NCBI RefSeq assembly: GCF_001194135.2
Contig: NC_068999.1
Coordinates: forward strand, 50,177,926-50,241,925
Reading direction: 5' to 3'
Length of the DNA stretch: 64,000 nucleotides
DNA from: Octopus bimaculoides
Taxonomy: Eukaryota
The notes beneath the pieces are model-generated. The model did no database searches and was not told the DNA's origin. It was given only the letters and a program-made list of their open reading frames with translations. This document shows positions 60,011 through 64,000 of the stretch, piece after piece (within the stretch, counting starts at the first letter, position 1; each line of letters starts with the position of its first letter). Both the position numbers and the translations under genes were made by a program.

Positions 60011-63000
60011 TAATTGAACAGAACATTTGAGGTCCTATATAAATGAAAGTGGATGAACCCTTAATGACTTGATTAACCTGGGAATTTTTTGATATTCAAG
60101 ACACAAATTATATTGCCCTTGCCTGCATTTCAGGCACTACCTACTGCAGACATAGGACTACCTGTTCGCTGATTAGGGCTGTATAGAATATTTGCAGACT
60201 GGACCCAACCTAGAAGTGGAGATTCCATCTGGTTTGCCAGTCCTCAGTCAAAGCGTCCAACCCATGCTAGCATGGAAAGCGGATGTTAAACGACGATGAT
60301 GATGATATCATTATCATTTATTTAACATCCCTTTGTTCTTGTTGGCATGGGTTGGACAGTTTGGCAGGAACCAGTGAGCCAGATGACTGTACTTAACTCC
60401 ACTGTCTACTTTGGCATGGTTTCTACAGCCCTTCATAAAACCAACCACTTCACAGTGTAGCTGTGTGTTCCTTTGTCTTGAATTTGCACATTGATTGTAA
60501 ATGTGCATCACAATCTGTCAAAAATGTGCTTGGCCTTGAGCAAACATAACCTCTGTATGGTCTAGAGGGAATTTGCTGTTAGGTTTTGGCCATAGCTTAA
60601 GCAGGTACAGCGCCTTCAGATGTAACCCAGCCTGAAAGTTGATGCTGCAAGAGAACCTGAGAGGTAAGTGAATCACACCTTGTCCCTCATACTACATTTC
60701 CTGACTCATTACTCTTCTCACAAATGTATTCATAGTACATAAGGTTACTTTTTCTTTCATGGCAGCTAAATAAAAGAAAACATACCATAACTCTTAAGTA
60801 TGGATCTAGGTGCATGCTTTTTTAATTGTAAGTAGTTTCTTTCTTCTTTCCTACTAAAAAAAAATATATCAAAAGCAAAGACCCTCATTGCCATCATTAG
60901 AGCTTCATCAGCAATATGCCAGCTCCCACCCCCAATCGATGTCTTGACAAATTGGTAGAATCATTAGAATGTCAGACAAACTGTTATGTTTTAGTTTCAA
61001 ATTACACTGAGGTCAGTTTGGCCTTTCATCATTTGAGGGGCAGAGGTGGGTGGGGTGTGTGTGTGTGTGATATAATTGACCTTTCTCAATCCACAGACTT
61101 TTGGCTTTGAGTCTATGTTAGAAGTTACTGTTATAAACTTAGGTGGCAAGCTGGTGGAATTGTTAGTGTGTTGGACAAAATGCTTAGTGGTACTTCATCC
61201 TGTTCTTTACATTCTCAGTTCAAATTCTGCTGGGGTTGGCTTTGCCTTTCATTCTTTTGGGATCAGTAAAATGAATACCTGTTAGATACTGAGGTTGTTA
61301 TAACCAACTTACTCTCCCCTGAATTTGCTGAGCTTGTGCCTAACTTTAAAGCTATTAAGGCAGCAGGCTGCCAGAATTGTTGGCTCATCAGACGAAATGT
61401 TTAATGGCATTTCTTTTGGCTCTTTACGTTCTGAGGTCAACTTTGCCCTTCGTCCTTTCAACGTCAAGAAAATAAGTACCAGTTGAGCACTGGGGCTGTT
61501 GTCATCAACTTACTTTTCCCCTAAAATTGCTGACTTTGTGCCAAAATTTGAAACCATCAAGGATTAGTAGAATTGTTGGAATATAAAACAAAATAACATA
61601 TTTGTTCTGGATCTGTACATTCTGAGTTCAAATCTTGTTGACATCAATTTTAGATTCATCTTTCTGAGCCAATAAAATAAAGTAGTAGTTTGAACATTCC
61701 ATTTAAATACTGGATTCAATATAATCAACTATTTTTCACCCACTAAATTTCAGCTCTTTTTACGTTCTGGGTTCAAATCCCATCAACGTTCAATTTGCCT
61801 TTTATCCTTTCGGGGGTTGATAAAATAAAGTACCAGTCAAACACTGGGGATCGATGTAATCGACTTGCCCCCTCTTGCCAATCCATCACAAGGTTACACA
61901 TTTACAACTGAGTACCAATGTGAAACGAAGCGTTTTGCTCAAGAACACAACTGACCGCCTCGTCTGGGATTCAAAACCATAATCTTACGATCCTGAGTGC
62001 AACACCCTAACCACTAAATATCTATTCAGCAGGAGTGTAATTTATTTTTACTCTGAAGAGGAGAAGTAGTGTTCATGCATGGCCTCTGTACACTCCTCCA
62101 AGACTATTCCTATTGATGAGGTTCTTTATGTTCAGTGTTAGAAGGAAAATGTTGGTTTGGAGGAAATTCCTTTGGGTTACAGATGTGCGATGCAGGTATG
62201 GTTAAGGAGTTAAAATATTTGTTTTGAGATTGCAAGATCCTGGATTTGATCCCACTGAGTGGCATTGGGGGAAAATGTTCTTTACTCTAGATTCATGTTG
62301 ATCCAAAGCCTTGGGAATGAAATTGGTGAAGCAGGAATTTATGTGGAATCTTGTCAGGTGGATTGTACCCATAATCTAAGGGTCCTGCCTTGTCACATAT
62401 TCTTATGCTGATTCAGTTTGGAATTATGTAAAGGGTAGATCATGTCTATGGAATACTCAGCCACTGACATTACAGTTCTATAATTCAATGAGTCATGTGT
62501 GCATTTAATTGAACAATTATATTGTCCAAAACAATGTAGGCTATAGATATCATCCAACTATTTCATTTGTGGTCTTCCTTTTGCTCTCCCGCCAGTTGAA
62601 CTTCACCATAAAATTTGTGCTGTGATTCTTTTCTCAGATGTTGTAACCATATGGCCATGTTATTAGATCTGAGACCTCTCCATGCAGGGGGGTAGTGGCT
62701 TAACCTGGAGTAATTCTCTAATCTTCAAGCTATGCATTCACATTATTGTGTAACATCATTTGGTAAAAAAGAAAAAAAAAATTGATAATTTCCATATATT
62801 TTATCTTTTTCTTGTTTCAGACATTAGACTGTAGCTAATCTGGGGCACTGCCCTGAAGAATAAATTGACCTCAGTTATCTTATTTTAAAGCCTGGTACTT
62901 ATTCCATTGGTCTCTTTTTCCCAGATGCTTAGTTTGGTGGGGAGAGAGTAAACAGACTGCCACTGGGTGTCAAGTAGTGGTGGGGAGACAAACACAGATG

Positions 63001-63289
63001 CAAAGACACACACACACTCACACACGTGTATGTATGTATATATATATATATATATATATNNNNNNNNNNNNNNNNNATATATATGAAACAAGAAAACTGA
63101 CAGGTCTTTACCTTCCTCAGGTAGGTGGCCTTGTTTGATTTGTAGGAAGGAACGTGTAAGCTATGGATACACAAGTGTTGAAATAGATTAACTAGAAAGT
63201 TATCAGGGAAGATAGTGTTTATATGTGAAAGATGCACAGAATTCATAAAAATTTTAGAAACTGGTGGCTCATTAGGGGTAATAGATAAC

Positions 63290-63830
63290 TTCTACTAGCT
63301 AGGGGGACTAAATTAGTTGTTGGGGACGATGCACAGAGAATGTGATAGCTAGAATAAGAATAGGATGGTGGAAATTCAGAGAACTGTTATTTCTGTTGGC
63401 TACAAAATGTTTCTCTGTCCAAGTGAAAGAAAGATTGTATGATTCATATATACAATTCTACATGGTAGTGATACATGGGCACTGAATGTAGAGGACATGT
63501 GACGGTTAGAAAGCAATGAGCCTATAATGCTCTGCTGGATGTGAAGTTTAAGTGTATGTGTTCAACAGATTACTAGTGTTCTGAGAGAGAGAAGTTAGGT
63601 ATAAGAGGAACTGGTTGCTGTGTACAAGAGAGAAGACTACACTGGTTTGATCATGTGATGCAGATGGATGCTGACAGTTCCGTAAAGTGGATGGAATGTG
63701 TGGAAGTGGGAGACCCAGAAAGACATGGGATGACGTACTGAAGCAGGATCTCAGGAAGCTGAACCTTTCATCCGAGATGACAAAGGACCGAGATAGCTGG
63801 CATCTGGCCATACTCAAGAAGACCTATACT
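63290..63830 (+). mobile_element. RTE-clade LINE 3' fragment (related tail at 6380-6490)
   Basis: LHGSDTWAL, ERRLHWFDHVMQMD, KTWDDVLKQDLRKLNLSSEMTKDRDSWHLAILKKT. Confidence 0.8.
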
Positions 63831-63863
63831 CTGTAGCCTCTGGTGGTGTAAAGCACTTCTGGT

Positions 63864-64000
63864 AGTGCCACATGAAAGTACCCATGCAGTGCCACATGAA
63901 AGTACCCATGCAGTGCCACATGAAAGTACCCATGCAGTGCCACATGAAAGTACCCATGCAGTGCCACATGAAAGTACCCATGCAGTGCCACATGAAAGTA
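63864..64000. repeat. Perfect 24-bp minisatellite (at least 5.7 copies, runs off window)
   Basis: Unit AGTGCCACATGAAAGTACCCATGC repeated without mismatch. Confidence 0.95.

Noticed and set aside
60570-60670. Possible next exon of gene B (GAG|GTAAGT donor at about 60663)
   Set aside because: The nearest good acceptor gives a stop in phase 0, and there is no similarity to gene A's terminal exon.

Overview
AT-rich, intron-rich animal genomic DNA with many N gaps, microsatellites and tRNA-derived SINEs. The repeat landscape looks like Octopus (inference; no database check). There are three gene loci. (1) EMSY on the minus strand: 13 coding exons traced from ATG 13857 to about 298, with consistent splice phases wherever the junctions are sequenced. 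It has an ENT domain followed by the RLIPLMPRL motif. (2) CEP19 on the plus strand, head-to-head with EMSY: a single coding exon at 33870-34577 with a long acidic C-terminal extension. (3) A pair of paralogous multi-exon genes of unrecognised family, missed by the ORF track and arranged head-to-head as a decayed palindrome: gene A (minus, about 46650 to 40226) and gene B (plus, about 53300 to beyond 58025). Identity between the arms is a mosaic of about 80%, about 97% and 100%. One 100-nt coding exon differs at 25 nt and 15 of 33 aa, directly beside a 235-nt intron segment that is identical in both. This suggests arm-to-arm gene conversion plus diversifying selection, and is the most interesting signal in the window. 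The rest is transposon debris: Merlin transposase and a Merlin-type MITE, hAT and piggyBac-type MITEs, Tc1, mariner, a Penelope-like element, RTE and L1/Tx1 LINE fragments, and SINEs. All alignments and translations were done by hand.
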